Below, piece by piece: positions 1-11,160 of a DNA stretch of 29,479 nucleotides. The position numbers were made by a program, and so were the translations under genes. The stretch comes from Utricularia gibba. Taxonomy: Eukaryota; Plantae; Magnoliophyta. Each line of letters begins with the position of its first letter. Position 1 is the first letter of the stretch. The notes beneath the pieces are model-generated. The model was not told where the DNA came from. It saw only the letters and a program-made list of their open reading frames with translations, and searched no databases. Location of the stretch: assembly GCA_002189035.1 (NCBI GenBank), contig NEEC01000504.1:1-29479 (forward strand), in the 5' to 3' direction.

Positions 1-1
1 A

Positions 2-21
2 AATAAAGTGATGTATTTATT
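2..21. repeat. AATAAA (2-7) / TTTATT (16-21) 6-bp inverted repeat with an 8-bp spacer
   Basis: Read directly from the sequence; present in most monomers. Confidence 0.8.
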
Positions 22-165
22 AACGTTCAGTTTTTGGGGGCTGCCTACATGGTTTTTCAAGGAACAGCTTCTCGTTTTGTGGCGGCCAGTCTCGCTGGGA
101 ACTTGGTCCTTGACCCGATTATGTATTGCTCATGAGGTCAACCGGATGCAAATTGATTAAAAAAA
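9..165 (+). repeat. Subunit 1 (~159 bp in consensus) of the dimeric monomer
   Basis: Homologous to 166-320 at a near-constant offset of 155-157 in this copy: TGATG 9/166, ACATGGTTTTTCAA 47 vs ACATGATTTTTTCAA 203, GTGGCGGCCAGTCT 79 vs GAGGAGGCGGTCT 235, GTAT(G/T)GCT 123 vs GTTTGGCT 279. Confidence 0.85.
57..113. repeat. 7-bp inverted repeat TCAAGGA (57-63) / TCCTTGA (107-113) enclosing CAGC/GCTG (65-68/94-97) and TGGC-G-GCCA (80-88)
   Basis: Read directly from the sequence. Function unknown. Confidence 0.8.
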
Positions 166-193
166 TGATGCCTTGTTTAAATTACGATATCAC

Positions 194-257
194 GTGCACC
201 CCACATGATTTTTTCAACAACTTACTTTATACTTGAGGAGGCGGTCTTGGGGTGCAC
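194..257. repeat. 10-bp perfect inverted repeat GTGCACCCCA (194-203) / TGGGGTGCAC (248-257) with a 44-bp spacer, present in each monomer
   Basis: The arms are direct reverse complements and each contains the palindrome GTGCAC. The variation seen is mainly C4/G4 run length. Confidence 0.95.
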
Positions 258-264
258 CTAGAAC

Positions 265-277
265 GGGACAAAGGTCA
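265..277 (+). promoter_or_regulatory. DR1-like nuclear-receptor motif GGGACA-A-AGGTCA, one per monomer (sequence match only)
   Basis: One mismatch to RGGTCA-N-RGGTCA and nearly invariant across copies. No evidence that it is bound. Confidence 0.15.
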
Positions 278-3200
278 GGTTTGGCTTGCGCGAGAGTTAG
301 TTGTAGCTCGGAAAATAAAGTGATGTATTTATTAACGTTCAGTTTTGGGGGGCTGCCTACATGGTTTTTCAAGGAACGCTTCTCGTTTTGTGGCGGCCAG
401 TCTCGCTGGGAACTTGGTCCTTGACCCCGATTCTGTATGCTCATGAGGTCAACCGGATGCAAATTGATTAAAAAAAATGATGCCTTTGTTTAAATTACGA
501 TATCACGTGCACCCCACATGATTTTTTCAACAACTTACTTTATACTTGAGGAGGCGGTCTTGGGGTGCACCTAGAACGGGACAAAGGTCAGGTTTGGCTT
601 GCGCCGAGAGTTAGTTGTAGCTCGGAAATAAAGTGATGTATTTATTAACGTTCAGTTTTGGGGGCTGCCTACATGGTTTTTCAAGGAACAGCTTCTCGTT
701 TTGTGGCGGCCAGTCTCGCTGGGAACTTGGTCCTTGACCCGATTCTGTATGGCTCATGAGGTCAACCGGATGCAAATCGATTAAAAAATGATGCCTTTGT
801 TTAAATTACGATATCACGTGCACCCCACATGATTTTTTCAACAACTTACTTTATACTTGGAGGCGGTCTTGGGGTGCACCTAGAACGGGACAAAGGTCAG
901 GTTTGGCTTGCGCCGAGAGTTAGTTGTAGCTCGGAAAATAAAGTGATGTATTTATTAACGTTCAGTTTTGGGGCTGCCTACATGGTTTTTCAAGGAACAG
1001 CTTCTCGTTTTGTGGCGGCCAGTCTCGCTGGGAACTTGGTCCTTGACCCGATTTGTATGGCTCATGAGGTCAACCGGATAAATCGATTAAAAAAAATGAT
1101 GCCTTTGTTTAAATTACGATATCACGTGCACCCACATGATTTTTTCAACAACTTACTTTATACTTGAGGAGGCGGTGGGTGCACCTAGAACGGGACAAAG
1201 GTCAGGTTTGGCTTGCGCCGAGAGTTAGTTGTACTCGGAAAAAAGTGATGTATTTATTAACGTTCAGTTTTTGGGGGCTGCCTACATGGTTTTTCAAGGA
1301 ACAGCTTCTCGTTTTTGGCGGCCAGTCTCGCTGGGAACTTGGTCCTTGACCCCGATTATGTATGCTCATGAGGTCAACCGGATGCAAATGATTAAAAAAA
1401 TGATGCCTTTGTTTAAATTACGATATCACGTGCACCCACATGATTTTTTCAACAACTTACTTTATACTTGAGGAGGCGGTCTTGGGTGCACCTAGAACGG
1501 GACAAAGGTCAGGTTTGGCTTGCGCCGAGAGTTAGTTGTAGCTCGGAAAATAAAGTGATGTATTTATTAACGTTCAGTTTTGGGGGCTGCCTACATGGTT
1601 TTTCAAGGAACAGCTTCTCGTTTTGTGGCGGCCAGTCTCGGGAACTTGGTCCTTGACCCGATTCTGTATGCTCATGAGGTCAACCGGATGCAAATCGATT
1701 AAAAAAATGATGCCTTTTTTAAATTACGATATCACGTGCACCCACATGATTTTTTCAACAACTTGCTTTATACTTGAGGAGGCGGTCTTGGGGTGCACCT
1801 AGAACGGGACAAAGGTCAGGTTTGGCTTGCGCCGAGAGTTAGTTGTAGCTCGGAAAATAAAGTGATGTATTTATTAACGTTCAGTTTTGGGGGCTGCCTA
1901 CATGGTTTTTCAAGGAACAGCTTCTCGTTTTGTGGCGGCCAGTCTCGCTGGGAACTTGGTCCTTGACCCGATTATGTATGCTCATGAGGTCAACCGGATG
2001 AAATTGATTAAAAAAAATGATGCCTTTGTTTAAATTACGATATCACGTGCACCCCACATGATTTTTTCAACAACTTACTTTATACTTGAGGAGGCGGTCT
2101 TGGGTGCACCTAACGGGACAAAGGTCAGGTTTGGCTTGCGCGAGAGTTAGTTGTAGCTCGGCAAATAAAGTGATGTATTTATTAACGTTCAGTTTTGGGG
2201 GCTGCCTACATGGTTTTTCAAGGAACAGCTTCTCGTTTTGTGGCGGCCAGTCTCGCTGGGAACTTGGTCCTTGACCCGATTCTGTATGCTCATGAGGTCA
2301 ACGGATGCAAATCGATTAAAAAAATGATGCCTTTGTTTAAATTACGATATCACGTGCACCCACATGATTTTTTCAACAACTTACTTTATACTTGAGGAGG
2401 CGGTCTTGGGGTGCACCTAACGGGACAAAGGTCAGGTTTGGCTTGCGCCGAGAGTTAGTTGTAGCTCGGCAAATAAAGTGATGTATTTATTAACGTTCAG
2501 TTTTTGGGGGCTGCCTACATGGTTTTTCAAGGAACAGCTTCTCGTTTTGTGGCGGCCAGTCTCGCTGGGAACTTGGTCCTTGACCCCGATTCTGTATGGC
2601 TCATGAGGTCAACCGGATGGAAATCGATTAAAAAATGATGCCTTTCTTTAAATTACGATATCACGTGCACCCACATGATTTTTTCAACAACTTACTTTAT
2701 ACTTGAGGAGGCGGTCTTGGGGTGCACCTAGAACGGGACAAAGGTCAGGTTTGGCTTGCGCGAGAGTTAGTTGTACTCGGAAAATAAAGTGATGTATTTA
2801 TTAACGTTCAGTTTTTGGGGGCTGCCTACATGGTTTTTCAAGGAACAGCTTCTCGTTTTGTGGCGGCCAGTCTCGCTGGGAACTTGGTCCTTGACCCGAT
2901 TATGTATTGCTCATGAGGTCAACCGGATGCAAATTGATTAAAAAAAATGATGCCTTGTTTAAATTACGATATCACGTGCACCCCACATGATTTTTTCAAC
3001 AACTTACTTTATACTTGAGGAGGCGGTCTTGGGGTGCACCTAGAACGGGACAAAGGTCAGGTTTGGCTTGCGCCGAGAGTTAGTTGTAGCTCGGAAAATA
3101 AAGTGATGTATTTATTAACGTTCAGTTTTGGGGGCTGCCTACATGGTTTTTCAAGGAACAGCTTCTCGTTTTGTGGCGGCCAGTCTCGCTGGGAACTTGG

Positions 3201-6200
3201 TCTTGACCCCGATTATGTATTGCTCATGAGGTCAACCGGATGCAAATCGATTAAAAAAAATGATGCCTTTGTTTAAATTACGATATCACGTGCACCCACA
3301 TGATTTTTTCACAACTTACTTTATACTTGAGGAGGCGGTCTTGGGGTGCACCTAGAACGGGACAAAGGTCAGGTTTGGCTTGCGCCGAGAGTTAGTTGTA
3401 GCTCGGAAAAAAGTGATGTATTTATTAACGTTCAGTTTTGGGGGCTGCCTACATGGTTTTTCAAGGAACAGCTTCTCGTTTTGTGGCGGCCAGTCTCGCT
3501 GGGAACTTGGTCCTTGACCCCGATTATGTATGCTCATGAGGTCAACCGGATGCAAATCGATTAAAAAATGATGCCTTTGTTTAAATTACGATATCACGTG
3601 CACCCCACATGATTTTTTCAACAACTTACTTTATACTTGGAGGCGGTCTTGGGGTGCACCTGAACGGGACAAAGGTCAGGTTTGGCTTGCGCCGAGAGTT
3701 AGTTGTAAGCTCGGAAAATAAAGTGATGTATTTATTAACGTTCAGTTTTGGGGGCTGCCTACATGGTTTTTTCAAGGAACAGCTTCTCGTTTTGTGGCGG
3801 CCAGTCTCGCTGGGAACTTGGTCCTTGACCCCGATTCTGTATGGCTCATGAGGTCAACCGGATGCAAATCGATTAAAAAATGATGCCTTTTTTAAATTAC
3901 GATATCACGTGCACCCCACATGATTTTTTCAACAACTTACTTTATACTTGAGGAGGCGGTCTTGGGGTGCACCTGGAACGGGACAAAGGTCAGGTTTGGC
4001 TTGCGCCGAGAGTTAGTTGTAGCTCGGCAAATAAAGTGATGTATTTATTAACGTTCAGTTTTGGGGGCTGCCTACATGGTTTTTCAAGGAACAGCTTCTC
4101 GTTTTGTGGCGGCCAGTCTCGCTGGGAACTTGGTCCTTGACCCCGATTCTGTATGCTCATGAGGTCAACCGGATGCAAATCGATTAAAAAAAATGATGCC
4201 TTTGTTTAAATTACGATATCACGTGCACCCACATGATTTTTCAACAACTTACTTTATACTTGAGGAGGCGGTCTTGGGTGCACCTAGAACGGGACAAAGG
4301 TCAGGTTTGGCTTGCGCCGAGAGTTAGTTGTACTCGGCAAATAAAGTGATGTATTTATTAACGTTCAGTTTTTGGGGGCTGCCTACATGGTTTTTCAAGG
4401 AACAGCTTCTCGTTTTGTGGCGGCCAGTCTCGCTGGGAACTTGGTCCTTGACCCCGATTCTGTATGGCTCATGAGGTCAACCGGATGCAAATCGATTAAA
4501 GAAAATGATGCCTTTGTTTAAATTACGATATCACGTGCACCCACATGATTTTTTCAACAACTTCTTTATACTTGGAGGCGGTCTTGGGGTGCACCTGGAA
4601 CGGGACAAAGGTCAGGTTTGGCTTGCGCCGAGAGTTAGTTGTACTCGGCAAATAAAGTGATGTATTTATTAACGTTCAGTTTTGGGGGCTGCCTACATGG
4701 TTTTTCAAGGAACAGCTTCTCGTTTTGTGGCGGCCAGTCTCGCTGGGAACTTGGTCTTGACCCCGATTATGTATTGCTCATGAGGTCAACCGGATGCAAA
4801 TTGATTAAAAAAAATGATGCCTTTGTTTAAATTACGATATCACGTGCACCCACATGATTTTTTCAACAACTTACTTTATACTTGAGGAGGCGGTCTTGGG
4901 GTGCACCTAGAACGGGACAAAGGTCAGGTTTGGCTTGCGCCGAGAGTTAGTTGTAGCTCGGCAAATAAAGTGATGTATTTATTAACGTTCAGTTTTGGGG
5001 GCTGCCTACATGGTTTTTCAAGGAACAGCTTCTCGTTTTGTGGCGGCCAGTCTCGCTGGGAACTTGGTCCTTGACCCGATTCTGTATGGCTCATGAGGTC
5101 AACCGGATGAAATCGATTAAAAAATGATGCCTTTGTTTAAATTACGATATCACGTGCACCCACATGATTTTTTCAACAACTTACTTTATACTTGGAGGCG
5201 GTCTTGGGGTGCACCTAGAACGGGACAAAGGTCAGGTTTGGCTTGCGCCGAGAGTTAGTTGTAGCTCGGAAAATAAAGTGATGTATTTATTAACGTTCAG
5301 TTTTGGGGGCTGCCTACATGGTTTTTCAAGGAACAGCTTCTCGTTTTGTGGCGGCCAGTCTCGCTGGGAACTTGGTCCTTGACCCGATTATGTATTGCTC
5401 ATGAGGTCAACCGGATGCAAATCGATTAAAAAAAATGATGCCTTTGTTTAAATTACGATATCACGTGCACCCCACATGATTTTTTCAACAACTTACTTTA
5501 TACTTGAGGAGGCGGTCTTGGGTGCACCTAGAACGGGACAAAGGTCAGGTTTGGCTTGCGCCGAGAGTTAGTTGTAGCTCGGAAATAAAGTGATGTATTT
5601 ATTAACGTTCAGTTTTGGGGCTGCCTACATGGTTTTTCAAGGAACAGCTTCTCGTTTTGTGGCGGCCAGTCTCGCTGGGAACTTGGTCCTTGACCCCGAT
5701 TCTGTATGCTCATGAGGTCAACCGGATGCAAATCGATTAAAAAAATGATGCCTTTGTTTAAATTACGATATCACGTGCACCCCACATGATTTTTTCAACA
5801 ACTTACTTTATACTTGAGGAGGCGGTCTTGGGGTGCACCTAGAACGGGACAAAGGTCAGGTTTGGCTTGCGCCGAGAGTTAGTTGTAGCTCGGAAATAAA
5901 GTGATGTATTTATTAACGTTCAGTTTTTGGGGGCTGCCTACATGGTTTTTCAAGGAACAGCTTCTCGTTTTGTGGCGGCCAGTCTCGCTGGGAACTTGGT
6001 CCTTGACCCCGATTCTGTATGGCTCATGAGGTCAACCGGATGGAAATCGATTAAAGAAAATGATGCCTTTTTTAAATTACGATATCACGTGCACCCCACA
6101 TGATTTTTTCAACAACTTACTTTATACTTGAGGAGGCGGTCTTGGGGTGCACCTAGAACGGACAAAGGTCAGGTTTGGCTTGCGCCGAGAGTTAGTTGTA

Positions 6201-8887
6201 GCTCGGAAATAAAGTGATGTATTTATTAACGTTCAGTTTTGGGGGCTGCCTACATGGTTTTTCAAGGAACAGCTTCTCGTTTTGTGGCGGCCAGTCTCGC
6301 TGGGAACTTGGTCCTTGACCCCGATTATGTATGGCTCATGAGGTCAACCGGATGCAAATCGATTAAAAAAATGATGCCTTTGTTTAAATTACGATATCAC
6401 GTGCACCCACATGATTTTTTCAACAACTTACTTTATACTTGAGGAGGCGGTCTTGGGGTGCACCTAGAACGGGACAAAGGTCAGGTTTGGCTTGCGCCGA
6501 GAGTTAGTTGTAGCTCGGAAAATAAAGTGATGTATTTATTAACGTTCAGTTTTGGGGGCTGCCTACATGGTTTTTCAAGGAACAGCTTCTCGTTTTGTGG
6601 CGGCCAGTCTCGCTGGGAACTTGGTCCTTGACCCCGATTCTGTATGGCTCATGAGGTCAACCGGATGCAAATCGATTAAAAAAATGATGCCTTTGTTTAA
6701 ATTACGATATCACGTGCACCCCACATGATTTTTTCAACAACTTACTTTATACTTGAGGAGGCGGTCTTGGGGTGCACCTAGAACGGGACAAAGGTCAGGT
6801 TTGGCTTGCGCCGAGAGTTAGTTGTAGCTCGGCAAATAAAGTGATGTATTTATTAACGTTCAGTTTTTGGGGCTGCCTACATGGTTTTTCAAGGACAGCT
6901 TCTCGTTTTGTGGCGGCCAGTCTCGCTGGGAACTTGGTCCTTGACCCCGATTCTGTATGGCTCATGAGGTCAACCGGATGCAAATCGATTAAAGAAAATG
7001 ATGCCTTTTTTAAATTACGATATCACGTGCACCCCACATGATTTTTTCAACAACTTACTTTATACTTGAGGAGGCGGTCTTGGGGTGCACCTAGAACGGG
7101 ACAAAGGTCAGGTTTGGCTTGCGCCGAGAGTTAGTTGTAGCTCGGCAAATAAAGTGATGTATTTATTAACGTTCAGTTTTTGGGGCTGCCTACATGGTTT
7201 TTCAAGGAACAGCTTCTCGTTTTGTGGCGGCCAGTCTCGCTGGGAACTTGGTCCTTGACCCCGATTCTGTATGCTCATGAGGTCAACCGGATGCAAATCG
7301 ATTAAAAAAATGATGCCTTTGTTTAAATTACGATATCACGTGCACCCCACATGATTTTTTCAACAACTTACTTTATACTTGAGGAGGCGGTCTTGGGGTG
7401 CACCTAGAACGGGACAAAGGTCAGGTTTGGCTTGCGCGAGAGTTAGTTGTAGCTCGGAAATAAAGTGATGTATTTATTAACGTTCAGTTTTTGGGGGCTG
7501 CCTACATGGTTTTTCAAGGAACAGCTTCTCGTTTTGTGGCGGCCAGTCTCGCTGGGAACTTGGTCCTTGACCCCGAGTATGCTCATGAGGTCAACCGGAT
7601 GGAAATCGATTAAAAAAAATGATGCCTTTCTTTAAATTACGATATCACGTGCACCCCACATGTTTTTCAACAACTTACTTTATACTTGAGGAGGCGGTCT
7701 TGGGGTGCACCTAGAACGGGACAAAGGTCAGGTTTGGCTTGCGCCGAGAGTTAGTTGTAGCTCGGAAAATAAAGTGATGTATTTATTAACGTTCAGTTTT
7801 GGGGGCTGCCTACATGGTTTTTCAAGGAACAGCTTCTCGTTTTGTGGCGGCCAGTCTCGCTGGGAACTTGGTCCTTGACCCGATTATGTATGGCTCATGA
7901 GGTCAACCGGATGCAAATCGATTAAAAAAAATGATGCCTTTGTTTAAATTACGATATCACGTGCACCCACATGATTTTTTCAACAACTTACTTTATACTT
8001 GAGGAGGCGGTCTTGGGGTGCACCTAGAACGGGACAAAGGTCAGGTTTGGCTTGCGCCGAGAGTTAGTTGTAGCTCGGCAAATAAAGTGATGTATTTATT
8101 AACGTTCAGTTTTGGGGGCTGCCTACATGGTTTTTCAAAACAGCTTCTCGTTTTGTGGCGGCCAGTCTCGCTGGGAACTTGGTCCTTGACCCCGATTATG
8201 TATTGCTCATGAGGTCAACCGGATGCAAATCGATTAAAAAAAATGATGCCTTTGTTTAAATTACGATATCACGTGCACCCCACATGATTTTTTCAACAAC
8301 TTACTTTATACTTGAGGAGGCGGTCTTGGGGTGCACCTAGAACGGGACAAAGGTCAGGTTTGGCTTGCGCCGAGAGTTAGTTGTAGCTCGGAAAATAAAG
8401 TGATGTATTTATTAACGTTCAGTTTTGGGGGCTGCCTACATGGTTTTTCAAGGAACAGCTTCTCGTTTTGTGGCGGCCAGTCTCGCTGGGAACTTGGTCC
8501 TTGACCCCGATTCTGTATGCTCATGAGGTCAACCGGATGAAATCGATTAAAAAATGATGCCTTTTTTTAAATTACGATATCACGTGCACCCCACATGATT
8601 TTTTCAACAACTTACTTTATACTTGAGGAGGCGGTCTTGGGTGCACCTAGAACGGGACAAAGGTCAGGTTTGGCTTGCGCCGAGAGTTAGTTGTAGCTCG
8701 GAAAATAAAGTGATGTATTTATTAACGTTCAGTTTTGGGGGCTGCCTACATGGTTTTTCAAGGAACAGCTTCTCGTTTTGTGGCGGCCAGTCTCGCTGGG
8801 AACTTGGTCCTTGACCCCGATTATGTATTGCTCATGAGGTCAACCGGATGCAAATCGATTAAAAAAATGATGCTTTGTTTAAATTAC

Positions 8888-9202
8888 GATATCACGTGCA
8901 CCCACATGATTTTTTCAACAACTTACTTTATACTTGAGGAGGCGGTCTTGGGGTGCACCTAGAACGGGACAAAGGTCAGGTTTGGCTTGCGCCGAGAGTT
9001 AGTTGTAGCTCGGAAAATAAAGTGATGTATTTATTAACGTTCAGTTTTTGGGGGCTGCCTACATGGTTTTTCAAGGAACAGCTTCTCGTTTTGTGGCGGC
9101 CAGTCTCGCTGGGAACTTGGTCCTTGACCCCGATTCTGTATGGCTCATGAGGTCAACCGGATGGAAATCGATTAAAGAAAATGATGCCTTTCTTTAAATT
9201 AC
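8888..9202 (+). repeat. Near-intact representative monomer (315 bp; one C short of the 316-bp consensus)
   Basis: The anchor-to-anchor interval 8888-9203 has T5G5, C4, AAAGAAAA, T6 and G4 runs at full length. Only GTGCACCC(C)A lacks one C. The longest intervals in the array are 315-317 bp. Confidence 0.85.
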
Positions 9203-11160
9203 GATATCACGTGCACCCCACATGATTTTTTCAACAACTTACTTTATACTTGAGGAGGCGGTCTTGGGTGCACCTAGAACGGGACAAAGGTCAGGTTTGG
9301 CTTGCGCCGAGAGTTAGTTGTAGCTCGGAAAATAAAGTGATGTCAGTTTTGGGGGCTGCCTACATGGTTTTTCAAGGAACAGCTTCTCGTTTTGTGGCGG
9401 CCAGTCTCGCTGGGAACTTGGTCCTTGACCCCGATTATGTATGGCTCATGAGGTCAACCGGATGCAAATCGATTAAAAAAATGATGCCTTTGTTTAAATT
9501 ACGATATCACGTGCACCCCACATGATTTTTTCAACAACTTACTTTATACTTGAGGAGGCGGTCTTGGGGTGCACCTAGAACGGGACAAAGGTCAGGTTTG
9601 GCTTGCGCCGAGAGTTAGTTGTAGCTCGGAAAATAAAGTGATGTATTTATTAACGTTCAGTTTTGGGGGCTGCCTACATGGTTTTTCAAGGAACAGCTTC
9701 TCGTTTTGTGGCGGCCAGTCGCTGGGAACTTGGTCCTTGACCCCGATTCTGTATGGCTCATGAGGTCAACCGGATGGAAATCGATTAAAAAATGATGCCT
9801 TTCTTTAAATTACGATATCACGTGCACCCCACATGATTTTTTCAACAACTTGCTTTATACTTGAGGAGGCGGTCTTGGGGTGCACCTAGAACGGGACAAA
9901 GGTCAGGTTTGGCTTGCGAGAGTTAGTTGTAGCTCGGAAAATAAAGTGATGTTTATTAACGTTCAGTTTTGGGGGCTGCCTACATGGTTTTTCAAGGAAC
10001 AGCTTCTCGTTTTGTGGCGGCCAGTCTCGCTGGGAACTTGGTCCTTGACCCCGATTATGTATTGCTCATGAGGTCAACCGGATGCAAATCGATTAAAAAA
10101 AATGATGCCTTTGTTTAAATTACGATATCACGTGCACCCCACATGATTTTTTCAACAACTTACTTTATACTTGAGGAGGCGGTCTTGGGGTGCACCTAGA
10201 ACGGGACAAAGGTCAGGTTTGGCTTGCGCCGAGAGTTAGTTGTAGCTCGGAAAATAAAGTGATGTATTTATTAACGTTCAGTTTTGGGGGCTGCCTACAT
10301 GGTTTTTCAAGGAACAGCTTCTCGTTTTGTGGCGGCCAGTCTCGCTGGGAACTTGGTCCTTGACCCCGATTATGTATGGCTCATGAGGTCAACCGGATGA
10401 AATGATTAAAAAAATGATGCCTTTGTTTAAATTACGATATCACGTGCACCCCACATGATTTTTTCAACAACTTACTTTATACTTGAGGAGGCGGTCTTGG
10501 GTGCACCTAGAACGGGACAAAGGTCAGGTTTGGCTTGCGCGAGAGTTAGTTGTAGCTCGGAAAATAAAGTGATGTATTTATTAACGTTCAGTTTTGGGGG
10601 CTGCCTACATGGTTTTTCAAGGAACAGCTTCTCGTTTTGTGGCGGCCAGTCTCGCTGGGAACTTGGTCCTTGACCCCGATTCTGTATGCTCATGAGGTCA
10701 ACCGGATGAAATCGATTAAAAAAATGATGCCTTTGTTTAAATTACGATATCACGTGCACCCCACATGATTTTTTCAACAACTTACTTTATACTTGAGGAG
10801 GCGGTCTTGGGGTGCACCTAGAACGGGACAAAGGTCAGGTTTGGCTTGCGCCGAGAGTTAGTTGTAGCTCGGCAAAAAGTGATGTATTTATTAACGTTCA
10901 GTTTTGGGGCTGCCTACATGGTTTTTCAAGGAACAGCTTCTCGTTTTGTGGCGGCCAGTCTCGCTGGGAACTTGGTTGACCCCGATTCTGTATGGCTCAT
11001 GAGGTCAACCGGATGGAAATCGATTAAAGAAAATGATGCCTTTTTTAAATTACGATATCACGTGCACCCCACATGATTTTTTCAACAACTTGCTTTATAC
11101 TTGAGGAGGCGGTCTTGGGGTGCACCTGGAACGGGACAAAGGTCAGGTTTGGCTTGCGAG

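Larger units (their letters stand above)
166..320 (+). repeat. Subunit 2 (~157 bp in consensus) of the dimeric monomer
   Basis: Same colinear matches as for subunit 1. The 43 bases after GTCT align without gaps at 21/43 identity in the consensus (hand alignment). Confidence 0.85.

Noticed and set aside
1-28. dif/loxP-like recombination site (arms around GTGATGTA)
   Set aside because: Arms pair over 6 bp only, and there is no match to XerC/XerD arms or to 13-bp Cre-type arms.
40-100. 5S rRNA, tRNA or SINE unit (GCCTAC; TGGCGGCCAGT)
   Set aside because: No 5S continuation, no B box (GTTCRA) and no cloverleaf.
189-196. ATCACGTG equals the budding-yeast CDEI consensus RTCACRTG
   Set aside because: No ~80-bp >90% AT CDEII or CDEIII follows, and point centromeres are not tandem arrays.
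136-240. COI barcode primer look-alikes (GGTCAAC..AAATC, TGATTTTTT, TATACTTGAGG); period near the 313-bp COI amplicon
   Set aside because: Only 7-9 bp seeds in the wrong order and orientation, and no frame gives COI residues.
36-267. G-quadruplex from the G5, G3, G4 and G3 runs
   Set aside because: Three of the four runs are separated by roughly 55-150 bp, far beyond canonical loop lengths.
233-277. Hammerhead ribozyme / retrozyme (unit length fits; TTGAGGA...GAAC...GAC-AAAG-GTC)
   Set aside because: No CTGANGA on either strand in the consensus, and no GAAA after a stem II; the core is not satisfied.
175-303. Spliced-leader RNA gene array (GTTTAAATTAC like nematode SL1; AACTAAC on the minus strand like the trypanosome mini-exon)
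   Set aside because: Similarity stops after 7-11 nt, with no splice-donor GT plus Sm-site arrangement.
249-320. Resemblance to the Tn21 38-bp IR as I recall it (GGGGGCACCTCAGAAAACGGAAAATAAAGCACGCTAAG): GGGGTGCACCTAGAACGG at 249 and CGGAAAATAAAG at 309
   Set aside because: The match needs a gap of over 40 bp, lacks the inner CGCTAAG, has no cognate second IR beyond 10 bp, and there is no transposase, res site or 5-bp TSD.
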